Part shown: positions 30,033 through 39,722 of the stretch, in pieces
Position numbering within the stretch: the stretch's first letter is position 1
Layout of the letters: each line of letters starts with the position of its first letter
NCBI GenBank assembly: GCA_963761305.1
Contig: CAVXGK010000002.1
Span: forward strand, 1,440,001 to 1,504,000
Source: an uncultured Gemmatimonadaceae bacterium
Lineage (GTDB): Bacteria; Gemmatimonadota; Gemmatimonadetes; Gemmatimonadales; Gemmatimonadaceae
Direction: 5' to 3'
DNA: 64,000 nt
The notes under the pieces: model-generated
The model's database searches: none
The model's input: the letters and a program-made list of their open reading frames with translations, nothing else
Told to the model about the DNA's origin: nothing
Position numbers and translations under genes: made by a program

Positions 30033-31040
30033 ATGAAGCGCGCCTTCAAGTACGACGCCGCTATCAGTGCCACTGAGTTCGATGCCCTTGGAGTTGGCGA
30101 GCTCTCCCGACGTCTGCAGCACCGCATCGGCAAAACCGTCTACGCGACCCCGCGAAACGGCGAAAAACCCCAAACAGCCGCGACGATCGCGGCCGCAAAA
30201 CGGATCTTCGAGAAGGAAGCGCGAGTGGTCGTCGTGCTCTTCCAACGACTCTGGAGCGCGGGAACGGGCGCGACGGCGCACGACGCGGCCGCGCTCAGAA
30301 CGCGAATCGGAAAGCTCAAGCGGAAGGACGTGATCATCGTTCCGCTCGACAACGCGCCGATCCCCAGCTGGCTCAAGGGAACGGTGGTTCGCACCTCCGG
30401 TGCGCCGGCGAGCAGCGAAGTGGTCGACGCGATCGTCTCCGCCGTCGTGGCGGCCGGCGGCGTGTCCCGGCGTCAAACCGAAGCCGCCGTCGCGGCACGT
30501 GTGGCCGATGACGACAAGCGCGCCAAAGCCCGCTCGGCGTTCCTCGCGTCACAGCGGGCGCTGGCGCTCATCAACCGCGAGCTCGATTCATTGTCGAACG
30601 CGGTACTGCGTCTGTGTCAGACGCCGGGCACGCTGCCTCCTGGCCTCGCGCCTGAGATGCGGCGCACGCCGGATCGCTACACGGTGCAGCTCGGACCGGT
30701 GGGTCTCAGCTTCTCGTGGATCCGTGGCCGCTCGAACTCGATCGCCGACGGCCAGTTGCTGGTGATCGAATGGAGCGGCCAACTCGCCGACGCCACGCCG
30801 ACGACGGACTCCGAGATGGCGATGCCGGCGTTCGAGCACGTGCTGCAACCGCACGCGACGAGTCCGGAAGATTGGCATTGGCGCCGGACGGATCTCGATC
30901 TCTGCGCGTACACGACGCGCGATCTGGCGGCGCAGTGCGTGACGTCGGTCGTGAAGCGGCTTTCCAACGGAAAGCCCGCCACGAACGGGAACGGAGTTGC
31001 GAGGCCGGTTGTGGCAGCGGTCGCAGCGGGCGCCCGGTAA
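30033..31040 (+). CDS. TIR-like domain protein with unknown C-terminal domain
   Basis: 'FKYDAAIS...ELSRRL...VY...ARVVVVLFQRLW...TAHDAAAL...IIVPLDNAPIPSWL' follows the TIR_2 secondary-structure pattern. Confidence 0.6.
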   Translation: MKRAFKYDAAISATEFDALGVGELSRRLQHRIGKTVYATPRNGEKPQTAATIAAAKRIFEKEARVVVVLFQRLWSAGTGATAHDAAALRTRIGKLKRKDVIIVPLDNAPIPSWLKGTVVRTSGAPASSEVVDAIVSAVVAAGGVSRRQTEAAVAARVADDDKRAKARSAFLASQRALALINRELDSLSNAVLRLCQTPGTLPPGLAPEMRRTPDRYTVQLGPVGLSFSWIRGRSNSIADGQLLVIEWSGQLADATPTTDSEMAMPAFEHVLQPHATSPEDWHWRRTDLDLCAYTTRDLAAQCVTSVVKRLSNGKPATNGNGVARPVVAAVAAGAR

Positions 31041-31068
31041 GAGTCTCGGTTCCGGGCGGCCAAACTCC

Positions 31069-31220
31069 AACTGCTCGACGCAGAGTCGCAGAGGACGAGA
31101 GAGAGCCGCAGAGGTCTCTACCGCAGCGAGCCGGAAAATTGTTTGATAAGAGCCGCTCGGGGACCCACGCCGTGGCTTCCCGAGCGGTTGTCACAAGGAA
31201 GCTCTTGGCCTCCGTTGCGC
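31069..31220. repeat. Partial copy of the long palindromic element at 39040-39277 (reverse orientation)
   Basis: AACTGCTCGACGCAGAGTCGCAGAG and inner hairpin AGAGCCGCTCGGG...GTGGCTTCCCGAGCGG match the reverse complement of 39130-39277. Confidence 0.7.
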
Positions 31221-32513
31221 GCGCGGGCTCCGGCGACCAGCGCAGCGGCTAGCTAGCGGAAATTCGCGCGTGAGTGCGTGTACGTCTTCGCGAACGGCCG
31301 CGGTGACGGTCTTGTCATCCGGAGCGGCCAGAACGCGATCGATGAGACTCGCGATGCGGCCCATCTCGCCCTCGCCCATGCCGCGCGTCGTCACGGCTGA
31401 CGTGCCCACGCGGATGCCGCTCGTTACGAACGGCGACTGCGTTTCCTTGGGCACTGTGTTCTTGTTGACCGTGATCGCGGCCTCGTCGAGCGCGATCTGC
31501 GCGACCTTGCCGGTGAGTCCACGGCTGCGGAGGTCGACCAGCATCAGATGGTTGTCCGTCCCGCCTGACACGATCTGAAATCCGCACGACGCGAGTGATT
31601 CCGCGAGGGCGCGGGCGTTGACGATCACGCGGCGCGCGTAGTCCTTGAACGACGGGTCGAGCGCTTCCTTGAAGCAGACGGCCTTCGCGGCGATCACGTG
31701 CTCGAGCGGGCCGCCCTGGGTTCCGGGGAAGACCGATTTGTCGATCGCCTTGCCGTGCGTCTCCTTGCAGAGAATGAGACCGCCGCGCGGGCCGCGCAGT
31801 GTCTTGTGCGTCGTCGTGGTGACGACGTCGGCGTGCGGAATGGGCGTCGGATACACGCCGGCGGCGACGAGCCCGGCGAAGTGCGCCATGTCCACCATGA
31901 GCACCGCGCCGATCTCACGCGCGATGTCGGCGAACGCGGCGAAGTCGATCACGCGCGAATACGCGCTGTAGCCGGCGAGCACGAGCTTGGGCCGATGCTC
32001 GAGCGCCTTGCGACGCAGATCCTCGTAGTCGAGCAGGCCTTCGTCGGTCACGCCGTACGAGATGGCGTGATACAGCATCCCGGAGAAATTCACCGGCGAG
32101 CCGTGCGTGAGATGGCCGCCGTTCGACAGATCCATGCCGAGGAACGTGTCGCCGGGCTTGAGGAACGTGGCCATCGCCGCGTAGTTCGCCTGCGCGCCCG
32201 AGTGCGGCTGCACGTTCGCGTGCTCGGCGTTGAACAACTGCTTCGCGCGATCGATTGCCAGCTGCTCGACCTGATCGACGATCTCGCAGCCGCCGTAGTA
32301 GCGCTTCCCCGGCAATCCTTCCGCGTACTTGTTGGTGAGCGACGACCCCATCGCCTCGAGCACCGCTGGCGAAACGAAATTCTCGCTGGCGATCAGCTCG
32401 AGCCCTTCGCGCTGACGCCGCGTCTCGGCTTCGATGAGCCGCGCGATCTCAGGGTCGGTCTCGCGGAGCGCGGCGCCGGGCGACGAGAGGCGGTGTTTGA
32501 TCCAGTCGTTCAT
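31191..32513 (-). CDS. glyA: Serine hydroxymethyltransferase
   Basis: 'LELIASENF', '[14 protein letters not shown]', 'VQPHSG', '[13 protein letters not shown]', 'SGIRVGT'. Confidence 0.98.
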   Translation of the reverse strand: MNDWIKHRLSSPGAALRETDPEIARLIEAETRRQREGLELIASENFVSPAVLEAMGSSLTNKYAEGLPGKRYYGGCEIVDQVEQLAIDRAKQLFNAEHANVQPHSGAQANYAAMATFLKPGDTFLGMDLSNGGHLTHGSPVNFSGMLYHAISYGVTDEGLLDYEDLRRKALEHRPKLVLAGYSAYSRVIDFAAFADIAREIGAVLMVDMAHFAGLVAAGVYPTPIPHADVVTTTTHKTLRGPRGGLILCKETHGKAIDKSVFPGTQGGPLEHVIAAKAVCFKEALDPSFKDYARRVIVNARALAESLASCGFQIVSGGTDNHLMLVDLRSRGLTGKVAQIALDEAAITVNKNTVPKETQSPFVTSGIRVGTSAVTTRGMGEGEMGRIASLIDRVLAAPDDKTVTAAVREDVHALTREFPLASRCAGRRSPRAQRRPRASL

Positions 32514-32562
32514 GCGTTTCGCGGCGAGCCTGCTCGCCGCCTCCCACCCCGACTGGGGTTGG

Positions 32563-33021
32563 TCATGGATTTGGCGCCTCGCTGTCGGCGCGCTCGATTT
32601 TTTCGATGCGACGTGCGTGTCGCCCACCCTCGAACGGCGTCTCGAGCCACGCGTCGAGAATGGCCGTGCCCTGATCGGCGCTTAAGAATCGCGCCGGCAG
32701 CACGAGGACATTCGAGTCGTTGTGCTGTCGCGCGAGCTTGGCGATCTCCGGATTCCACGCGACCGCGGCGCGCACACCCGCATACCGATTCGCCGTGTAG
32801 CTCATGCCGAGCCCCGTGCCGCAGAGCAGCACCCCTCGCTCGACGTCGCCCTCGGCAACCCGTTTCGCGAGCGGGTGCGCATAGTCGGCATAGTCCGCCG
32901 ACTCGGCGCTGTCCACGCCGAGGTCGTCGACCTCGAAACCGAGATCGGCCAAACGATGCTCCAACGCCTCTTTCAGCGCGAAGCCCGCGTGATCGGATGC
33001 GATGAGAATTCGCTCAGGCAT
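32563..33021 (-). CDS. rpiB: Ribose-5-phosphate isomerase B
   Basis: 'SDHAGF.LK', 'CGTGLG', 'HNDSNVL', 'FEGGRH.RR'. Confidence 0.96.
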   Translation of the reverse strand: MPERILIASDHAGFALKEALEHRLADLGFEVDDLGVDSAESADYADYAHPLAKRVAEGDVERGVLLCGTGLGMSYTANRYAGVRAAVAWNPEIAKLARQHNDSNVLVLPARFLSADQGTAILDAWLETPFEGGRHARRIEKIERADSEAPNP

Positions 33022-33036
33022 TGTCGGGTGTCCACC

Positions 33037-34107
33037 TCATTTGTTCGGCCACTGCGGCCACGTCCGCACCATCGAGTTCACCGCGCGAATGCGCTGTTCG
33101 GCGAGGCGATCGGCGGCGAGGTACGTGGGGATTTTTTCCGTTTTCGCGATCTCGAATACCTTGAGCACCGTGTCGTAGATCTCGTCCGCCTTGCGGAACG
33201 ATCGCGCCGACGTCCAACCAGCCAGCTCGCCGTAGACGTTGATCACGCCGCCGGCGTTCGCGACGTAGTCGGGCGTGTAGGTGATGCCGCGCGTCTCGAG
33301 CGCGTCGCCGTGGCGCTCCTCGAGCAGCTGATTGTTCGCCGCGCCGGCAACAATCGACACATTGAGCTGTGGAATCGTCTTGTCGTTGATGATCGCGCCG
33401 AGGGCGCAGGGCGCGAAGATGTCGGCCTGCGCGGCGTAGATGTCGTCGAGGCCCACGGCCTTGGCCGAGAACTCGGCGGCGACGCGCTTCACGCGATCGG
33501 CGTCGATGTCGCTCACGATGAGCTTGGCGCCGGCTTCGTGCAGTTCCTTGGCGAGATAGTAGCCGACGTGGCCGCAGCCCTGGATCGCCACCGTCTTGTT
33601 CGTGAGATCGTCCGAGCCCCACTTCTCGCGGACCGACGCCTGGATTGCGCGGAACACGCCGTGCGCGGTGACGGGCGACGGATCGCCCGAGCGGCCGGCG
33701 AGACCGCTCACGTAGTCGGTCTCCATGTGCACGTAGTCCATGTCCGCCGTGCTGGTGCCCACGTCTTCGGCGGTGATGTACCGGCCGCCCAGGCTCTCCA
33801 CGAAGCGGCCGTGCGCGCGGAAGATCATTTCACGGTCGGACGTTCGGTTGTCGCCGATGATGACGGACTTTCCGCCGCCGAGATTCAACCCGGCGACGGC
33901 GTTCTTGTAGGTCATGCCGCGCGCGAGGCGCAGCGCGTCGACGATCGCGTCCTCGTCGCCGGCGTAGCTCCAGAAACGAGTGCCGCCGAGCGCGGGACCC
34001 AACACGGTGCTGTGTATGGCAACGATGCCGCGATATCCGGACGCCGAATCCTGACAAAGCACGAGCTGCTCGTGCCCCATGGCGGCGATTGTATCGAAGA
34101 GCTTCAT
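33037..34107 (-). CDS. Leucine dehydrogenase (Glu/Leu/Phe/Val dehydrogenase family)
   Basis: 'GPALGGTR', 'GMTYKNA', 'GGGKSVI', 'YITAEDVG', 'GAANNQL', 'PDYVANAGG'. Confidence 0.93.
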   Translation of the reverse strand: MKLFDTIAAMGHEQLVLCQDSASGYRGIVAIHSTVLGPALGGTRFWSYAGDEDAIVDALRLARGMTYKNAVAGLNLGGGKSVIIGDNRTSDREMIFRAHGRFVESLGGRYITAEDVGTSTADMDYVHMETDYVSGLAGRSGDPSPVTAHGVFRAIQASVREKWGSDDLTNKTVAIQGCGHVGYYLAKELHEAGAKLIVSDIDADRVKRVAAEFSAKAVGLDDIYAAQADIFAPCALGAIINDKTIPQLNVSIVAGAANNQLLEERHGDALETRGITYTPDYVANAGGVINVYGELAGWTSARSFRKADEIYDTVLKVFEIAKTEKIPTYLAADRLAEQRIRAVNSMVRTWPQWPNK

Positions 34108-34165
34108 CGAGTTCGGAAGAGGGGAAGGAGTGCGGAGGCCGGGTGCGGAGAACTGGAACGAGAAG

Positions 34166-34197
34166 GGGTGCGGGGGTGCGGGCGTGCGGGGGTGCGG
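34166..34197. repeat. 8-bp tandem repeat (GGGTGCGG) x4
   Basis: gggtgcgg gggtgcgg gcgtgcgg gggtgcgg; related units at ~26060-26090. Confidence 0.7.
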
Positions 34198-34216
34198 ACT
34201 GAGGAAGGAGACCTGA

Positions 34217-35380
34217 CTACCGATGCGAATAGAGCTCCCGCGCGATCACGATGCGCTGGATCTCCGACGTGCCTTCATAAATCTCCGTGACTTTGGCGTC
34301 GCGGAACAGGCGTTCGACCGGATAGTCGGTGACGTACCCGTAACCGCCCAAAATCTGGATCGCCTGAGTGGTGACCCACATGGCGGCCTCGCTAGCCGAC
34401 AGCTTGGCCATCGCGCTGAACTGCGTCATGTGCTCGCCGCGATCCTTCGCCGTGGCCGACATGTGGAGCAGCGCGCGCGCGCCGGCCACGCGCGTGGCCA
34501 TGTCGGCGAGCTTGAACTGGATCGCCTGGAATTCCTTGATCGGCTTCTTGAACTGCTTGCGCTCCGCGGCGTACGCCGCCGCGTGGCGCAGCGCCGCCTC
34601 GGCGATGCCGATCGACTGCGCGGCGATGCCGAGCCGTCCATTGTCGAGCGACTGCATCGCGTAGATGAATCCACTGCCGGGCGCGCCGAGAAGCCGGTCG
34701 CCGGGAACGCGCATGTCGGAAAAATGGAGCTGCACCGTCGGCGACGCGCGCAGCCCCATCTTGTTTTCTTTCTTGCCGACGCTGAAGCCGGGCAAATCCG
34801 GCGTGATGATGAAGGTGCCGATGCCGCGCGCGCCTCGCCTATCTTCCGGGCCGTCGGTGCGCGCCATCGCGAGAATGACGTCGCCCTTGGTCCCGCTCGA
34901 CACCCACGCTTTGGTGCCGTTGAGAATCCAGTCGTCGCCGTCGCGCACGGCTTGCGTGCGGAGCGACGCCGCGTCGGATCCCGCCTCCGGCTCGGAGAGC
35001 GCGAACGCGCCGAGCTTTTCTCCGCGCGCCAGCGGCTTGAGAAAACGCTCTTTCTGGGCGTCGGTTCCCCAACGCAGGATCATCTGCGTGGGAAGCGAGT
35101 TGTGCACGCTGACCATCACCGCCACCGACGCGTCGACGATGGCGATCTCCTCGAGCACGACGAGATAGGTCAGCGTGTCGAGCCCGAGACCGTCGTACTG
35201 CTCGGGGACGAGCATGCCGAGAAATCCCAACTCGCCCAACTTGGCGACGATCGACGGGTCGAAGTAGGCGTCGCGGTCCCACTGCGCGGTGTACGGCGCG
35301 ATCTCTCGCTCCGCGAACTCACGCGCGACTGCCTGAATCTCCCGCTGCTCCGCGCTGAGCGGCGTCAGCGCCCACGTCAT
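34217..35380 (-). CDS. Acyl-CoA dehydrogenase (short/branched chain)
   Basis: '[12 protein letters not shown]', 'LNGTKAWVS', 'KMGLRAS', 'QILGGYGY', '[10 protein letters not shown]'. Confidence 0.96.
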   Translation of the reverse strand: MTWALTPLSAEQREIQAVAREFAEREIAPYTAQWDRDAYFDPSIVAKLGELGFLGMLVPEQYDGLGLDTLTYLVVLEEIAIVDASVAVMVSVHNSLPTQMILRWGTDAQKERFLKPLARGEKLGAFALSEPEAGSDAASLRTQAVRDGDDWILNGTKAWVSSGTKGDVILAMARTDGPEDRRGARGIGTFIITPDLPGFSVGKKENKMGLRASPTVQLHFSDMRVPGDRLLGAPGSGFIYAMQSLDNGRLGIAAQSIGIAEAALRHAAAYAAERKQFKKPIKEFQAIQFKLADMATRVAGARALLHMSATAKDRGEHMTQFSAMAKLSASEAAMWVTTQAIQILGGYGYVTDYPVERLFRDAKVTEIYEGTSEIQRIVIARELYSHR

Positions 35381-35416
35381 GGAAGTGAGTGCGGCGACGG
35401 GGTCCGAAGACCGACG

Positions 35417-36265
35417 TCAATACGCATAGAAACCGCGCTTCGACTTGCGGCCCAGCCAACCGGCGGCGACGTACTTTCTCAAGAGCGGGCACGGACGGTA
35501 CTTCGGGTCGCCGAGTCCGTCGTGCATGACCTCGAGAATGGCGAGGCAGGTGTCGAGGCCGATGAAGTCGGCGAGGGCCAGTGGCCCCATCGGGTGATTC
35601 ATGCCGAGCTTCATCACCGTGTCGATCGACTCGGCGCTGCCGACGCCCTCCATGAGGCAGAAGACCGCCTCGTTGATCATCGGCATGAGGATTCGATTGG
35701 CGACGAAGCCCGGATAGTCCTGCACTTCGACCGGCGTCTTGCCGAGCTGTTTGCTCGTCTCGAGGATGCGGTTGGTCGTGTCGTCGGATGTGGCGAGGCC
35801 GCGAATCACTTCGACCAGCTGCATCACCGGCACCGGATTCATGAAGTGCATGCCGATCACGAGCTCGGGACGGTTGGTCTCGCTCGCGATCTCGCTGATG
35901 GAGATGGAGCTCGTGTTGGTGGCGAGGATCGTCCCCTTGTCGGCCAACGTCTCCAGCTCGGAGAAGATGCCGAACTTGAGATCGCGGTTTTCCGTCGCCG
36001 CTTCGATGACGAGCCACGAGCCGGCGACCTCGGCGAGCCCGCGCGCCAGCGCGATGCGGCCGAGGATCACGTCCTTGTCTGCGGCGGGAAGCGTGCCCTT
36101 CTTGATTTGGCGGTCGAGGTTCGACGCGATTGTGTCGCGCCCGCGCTTGAGCGCGTCGTCGGTCACGTCGATCATCGTCACGGGAAAGCCGCTCTGTGCG
36201 AAGACGTGCGCGATCCCGTTCCCCATCTGCCCTGCACCGATCACGGCCACACGTTCGGCCATCAT
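35417..36265 (-). CDS. hbd: 3-hydroxybutyryl-CoA dehydrogenase
   Basis: 'GAGQMGNGIA', 'TNTSSISI', 'GMHFMNP', 'PGFVANR', 'HPMGPL'. Confidence 0.93.
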   Translation of the reverse strand: MMAERVAVIGAGQMGNGIAHVFAQSGFPVTMIDVTDDALKRGRDTIASNLDRQIKKGTLPAADKDVILGRIALARGLAEVAGSWLVIEAATENRDLKFGIFSELETLADKGTILATNTSSISISEIASETNRPELVIGMHFMNPVPVMQLVEVIRGLATSDDTTNRILETSKQLGKTPVEVQDYPGFVANRILMPMINEAVFCLMEGVGSAESIDTVMKLGMNHPMGPLALADFIGLDTCLAILEVMHDGLGDPKYRPCPLLRKYVAAGWLGRKSKRGFYAY

Positions 36266-37140
36266 GTTTCTCCAGTTGAACGCTTCAGTCGACCGCGGCG
36301 CGAGAAAAGCCAGACGCTGCCGGCGATCATGGTCAATGCGGCGGGCACTCCGCCCTCAGGGCCCCACGACCCGCCGGTCGCCCAATTCGGCCCCGCATCA
36401 ACATAACGGTAGCCCGGGGATTCGAGCGGGAGTCCACTCACCGCGACGTGAAATGCGACCGCCATGGTCCAATTCCAGGCGAAATGCGCGGCCCACGCGG
36501 CGTAGAGACTGCGCGTCCCGTATACGATGGAGCCGAGGAAGACGCCGGCGATCGTGACGAGGGCGATCGACTCGAGGTTTGCGCCCGGATTCCGGATGTG
36601 GAGCGCGCCGAAGGCGATGCTCGTCGTCGCGATCGCCCACGGCCAGCCCCACCATTCGGAGAGAACCGACAGGATGTAGCCGCGCGACAGCAGCTCTTCG
36701 GCGAGCGCGGCTGGCGCGAGCGACACGCTCACGCGCCACGCGCCGCCGAGCCACGAGGTCTTGTCGCCCGGCGCAGCGGCCAGCCAGTGGACTCCGACCA
36801 GCGCCGCCGTAGGAATGCCGATGGCGAGCAAGCCGATGGCGAAGCCGAGGCCGATCGTCCGGGGTCGAGCGGCGCCGCGATCGAGCCAGACTTCACTCCA
36901 CGGTTGTCGGCCGAACCAGTAGAGCGTGAGTCCGGTGCCGGCGAGCAGCGACGCGCACGTAGCCCACACGCCTGAGCTGAGCGCGCCGCCGCCGGAGAGC
37001 GGGATCCCGCTCACGAGCAGGGAACCAAACACGGCGTCGATGACGATGAACGACGCGAGCGTGAGCGCCGCAAACGCAACGACGCGCCAGAAAGGGTGAA
37101 CCCTTCCCGACGCGTCGTGAATACGATCGTGCGAGATCAG
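36262..37140 (-). CDS. CPBP (Abi/CAAX) family intramembrane metalloprotease; possible CTG start
   Basis: 'AEELLSRG', 'FGALH', 'AHFAWN', 'GGSWGPEGG'; the only start coupled to the bioY stop is CTG(A) at 37140. Confidence 0.85.
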   Translation of the reverse strand: MISHDRIHDASGRVHPFWRVVAFAALTLASFIVIDAVFGSLLVSGIPLSGGGALSSGVWATCASLLAGTGLTLYWFGRQPWSEVWLDRGAARPRTIGLGFAIGLLAIGIPTAALVGVHWLAAAPGDKTSWLGGAWRVSVSLAPAALAEELLSRGYILSVLSEWWGWPWAIATTSIAFGALHIRNPGANLESIALVTIAGVFLGSIVYGTRSLYAAWAAHFAWNWTMAVAFHVAVSGLPLESPGYRYVDAGPNWATGGSWGPEGGVPAALTMIAGSVWLFSRRGRLKRSTGET

Positions 37141-37697
37141 GCGCCTCGTTGGGGGCGAGCGACGCGCGATCCGCTGATGAGAGCCGCGAGGTACGCCTTG
37201 ACCAGGTCGAGCGCGGCGAACGGCGTGATGCCCAATTGCACGGCGCGCGTCACGCTGTGCGAGAGGAGCGTGAGCTGGGCGAGTCCGCCGAAGAAGATCA
37301 CGACGATGCCGGCGGTCGCGGCGAGCCAGCGGGTCATGAGCGAGGTCGCTCGGCGATTCAGCACGCCGGCCACCCACGCCGCGGCGGGATACGCGATGAG
37401 GTAGCCGCCGGTGGGTCCGAAGAAGCGTGCGATGCCCGGCGCGCCCATCGGCGTGAACACCGGCAAGCCCGTGGCACCCGCGGCGAGATAGAGCAGCATG
37501 CTCGCGGCGCCGGCGGCCGGACCGAGCCACATGCCAGCGAGAATCACGAGCATCGGCTGCAGCGTGATCGGCACGGGCGTCCATGGAAGCGGGATCGCGA
37601 TCTGCGACGCAGCGGCAACGGCGAGTGCGAAGCCGAAGACCCCGATGACGGTGGTGCGGGACGGACGGACGGCTGCGGTAGTGCTGAGCGTCGTCAT
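37137..37697 (-). CDS. bioY: Biotin transporter BioY
   Basis: 'PVPITLQ', 'YLAAGATGLPVF', 'GPTGGYL', 'PFAALDLVK'. Confidence 0.92.
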   Translation of the reverse strand: MTTLSTTAAVRPSRTTVIGVFGFALAVAAASQIAIPLPWTPVPITLQPMLVILAGMWLGPAAGAASMLLYLAAGATGLPVFTPMGAPGIARFFGPTGGYLIAYPAAAWVAGVLNRRATSLMTRWLAATAGIVVIFFGGLAQLTLLSHSVTRAVQLGITPFAALDLVKAYLAALISGSRVARPQRGA

Positions 37698-37700
37698 TCG

Positions 37701-37735
37701 GGTGGACAGGTGGACGGGTGGACCGGTGGACAGGT
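37701..37735. repeat. 8-bp tandem repeat (GGTGGACN) x4
   Basis: ggtggaca ggtggacg ggtggacc ggtggaca. Confidence 0.75.
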
Positions 37736-37754
37736 ACTACGAAGAGCGCAACGT

Positions 37755-38966
37755 CTAGTTGGTACGGGTCACGCTGAGCGCGACGGCGTCGCCGCCGCCC
37801 AGACAAAGTGTGGCCAAACCGCGGCGGAGTCCACGGTCCTGAAGCGCAAAGATTAGGGTCGTCAAAACGCGCGCGCCGCTCGCGCCGATGGGGTGGCCGA
37901 GCGCGATCGCGCCACCGTTCACGTTGACGCGATTCCAGTCCCAGCCGAGCTCCTCGCCGTCGGCGAGCGACTGCGAGGCGAACGCTTCGTTGGCCTCGAT
38001 CAGATCGTAGTCGCCGATCTTCGAGTTCTCTTTCGCCATGAGGTTGCGGACCGCGCGGATCGGAGCGAAGAACAGGTCTTGCGGCTCGGTCGCGCCGGTG
38101 GCGTACGCGTCGACGCGGGCGAGAATCGGCAAGTTGTGCGCTTTCGCGAACGCTTCCGACGCGACGACGAGCGCCGCTGCGCCGTCGTTGAGACTCGACG
38201 CGTTGCCCGCGGTCACGGAGAGATCGGTCGCGTTGCCCGTCTTGCCCGGGAACGCGGGGCGCAGCTTGGCGAGTGACTCGACGGTGGTGTCCTTGCGTGG
38301 GCTCTCGTCGGCGTCGACGGTCGTCGTGCCCTTGCGGCTCGCGACCTGAACGGGCGTGATCTCGTTCTTGAACCTGCCCGCCTCCATGGCGGCGATCGCT
38401 TTGCGATGCGACGCGGCAGCGAACTCGTCCTGCGCCTCGCGGGTGACGTGCGCCTTCTGGGCCGTGTACTCCGCGTGGCCGCCCATGTGGACGTCGCAGA
38501 AGGAGCACCACAATCCGTCCTTGATCATGCCGTCGACGATGGTCTGGTCGCCGAGCTTCACGCCGTTCCGCATTCCATACATGTAGTACGGCGCGTTGGA
38601 CATCGACTCCTGTCCGCCGGCGACGATGACTTCGCGGTCGCCGGCCTTGATGGCCTGGGCGGCGAGCATCACGGCCTTGAGACCGGAGCCGCAGACCTTG
38701 TTGATGGTCATCGCGGAAACGCTGGCCGGAATGCCGGCTTTGATCGCCGCCTGTCGGGCCGGGGCCTGGCCGACGCCGCCCTGGATGACGTTGCCCATGA
38801 TGACTTCCTGGACGTCAGCGGGGTCGATGCCGGCGCGTTGCACGGCGGCGCGAATGGCGACCGCGCCGAGCTCGGGGGCGGTCAGTGTCGAGAGGCCGCC
38901 GAGGAATTTGCCGATCGGCGTGCGGGCGGCCGAGATGATGACGGGGGTTCGAGTTGGGTCGGACAT
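37755..38966 (-). CDS. Acetyl-CoA C-acetyltransferase (thiolase)
   Basis: 'RTPIG', 'INKVCGSG', 'TAGNAS..NDGAAA', 'NEAFA', 'GHPIGASG', 'CLGGG'. Confidence 0.96.
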   Translation of the reverse strand: MSDPTRTPVIISAARTPIGKFLGGLSTLTAPELGAVAIRAAVQRAGIDPADVQEVIMGNVIQGGVGQAPARQAAIKAGIPASVSAMTINKVCGSGLKAVMLAAQAIKAGDREVIVAGGQESMSNAPYYMYGMRNGVKLGDQTIVDGMIKDGLWCSFCDVHMGGHAEYTAQKAHVTREAQDEFAAASHRKAIAAMEAGRFKNEITPVQVASRKGTTTVDADESPRKDTTVESLAKLRPAFPGKTGNATDLSVTAGNASSLNDGAAALVVASEAFAKAHNLPILARVDAYATGATEPQDLFFAPIRAVRNLMAKENSKIGDYDLIEANEAFASQSLADGEELGWDWNRVNVNGGAIALGHPIGASGARVLTTLIFALQDRGLRRGLATLCLGGGDAVALSVTRTN

Positions 38967-38982
38967 GGGGTGAAAGTTAGTC

Positions 38983-39310
38983 ACAATTACAACTGCAACT
39001 ACAACCACAACTACAGGCGCAAACGGCAACTGCAAATGCAACTGCTCAACGCAGAGGCGCAGAGGACCGCAGAGGACGGCCGCTCGGAATGGCTCCGTCG
39101 CGCAACGAGCCGGGATTCTTGGGGGGAACTGCCGCTCGGGAAGCCACACGTGGCGTCTAACCCGCTCCACGCATCGAAGCGTCCCGAGCGGCTCTAACAA
39201 GAAAGTCCCGGCTCGTTGCGCGACGGAGTTCCGAGCGGCCGTTCGCTGCGTTCTCTGCGTCTCTGCGTCGAGCGGTTCAGGGAGCAGTTCAGGGAGCGGC
39301 TCAGGAACCG
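38983..39310. repeat. Long rod-like palindromic element (39040-39277) with hexamer-repeat tails
   Basis: Perfect pairings 39093-39115/39206-39228 (23 bp), 39076-39089/39229-39242 (14 bp), 39131-39141/39182-39192 (11 bp); termini ACGCAGAGGCGCAGAG / CTCTGCGTCTCTGCGT; (RCAACY)n tail on the left. Confidence 0.85.
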
Positions 39311-39371
39311 GACTTGACCCAAACGGCGCGCCGACCGATGTTCTATCCAGACTCTCCATAGAGCCTCTCCA

Positions 39372-39722
39372 ATGACTCGCCTGCCCGTCCTGAAAGGAAC
39401 GCTCGACCTGCTCGTCCTTCGCGCGTTGAGCTGGAGTCCGATGCACGGCTTCGAGATTGTCTCATGGCTCGAGCGCGCCGCCGGTGGGTCGCTCGACGTC
39501 GACGACTCGGCGCTTTATCAGGCGGTGTACCGCCTCGAGGAGCGCGGGTTGCTGGCCGCGGAGTGGGGCGTGACGGAGAACAATCGCCGGGCTCGGTATT
39601 ACAAGATCACGGCAGCCGGGCGCACGCATCTGCGAAACGAGACAAAGAGCTGGATGAAGTACGCGCAGACCGTGACGACGATTCTCACGGTCGCGGCGGA
39701 AGACGGAGCACCGGCGCGGTGA
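39372..39722 (+). CDS. PadR-family transcriptional regulator
   Basis: 'LKGTLDLLVLRAL..PMHGFEI', 'LYQAVYRLEERG', 'ENNRRARYYKIT'. Confidence 0.93.
   Translation: MTRLPVLKGTLDLLVLRALSWSPMHGFEIVSWLERAAGGSLDVDDSALYQAVYRLEERGLLAAEWGVTENNRRARYYKITAAGRTHLRNETKSWMKYAQTVTTILTVAAEDGAPAR

Noticed and set aside
39330..39365. PadR operator (TCTAT-N11-ATAGA) upstream of padR
   Set aside because: The position is plausible but 5-bp arms are too short to support from this sequence alone.
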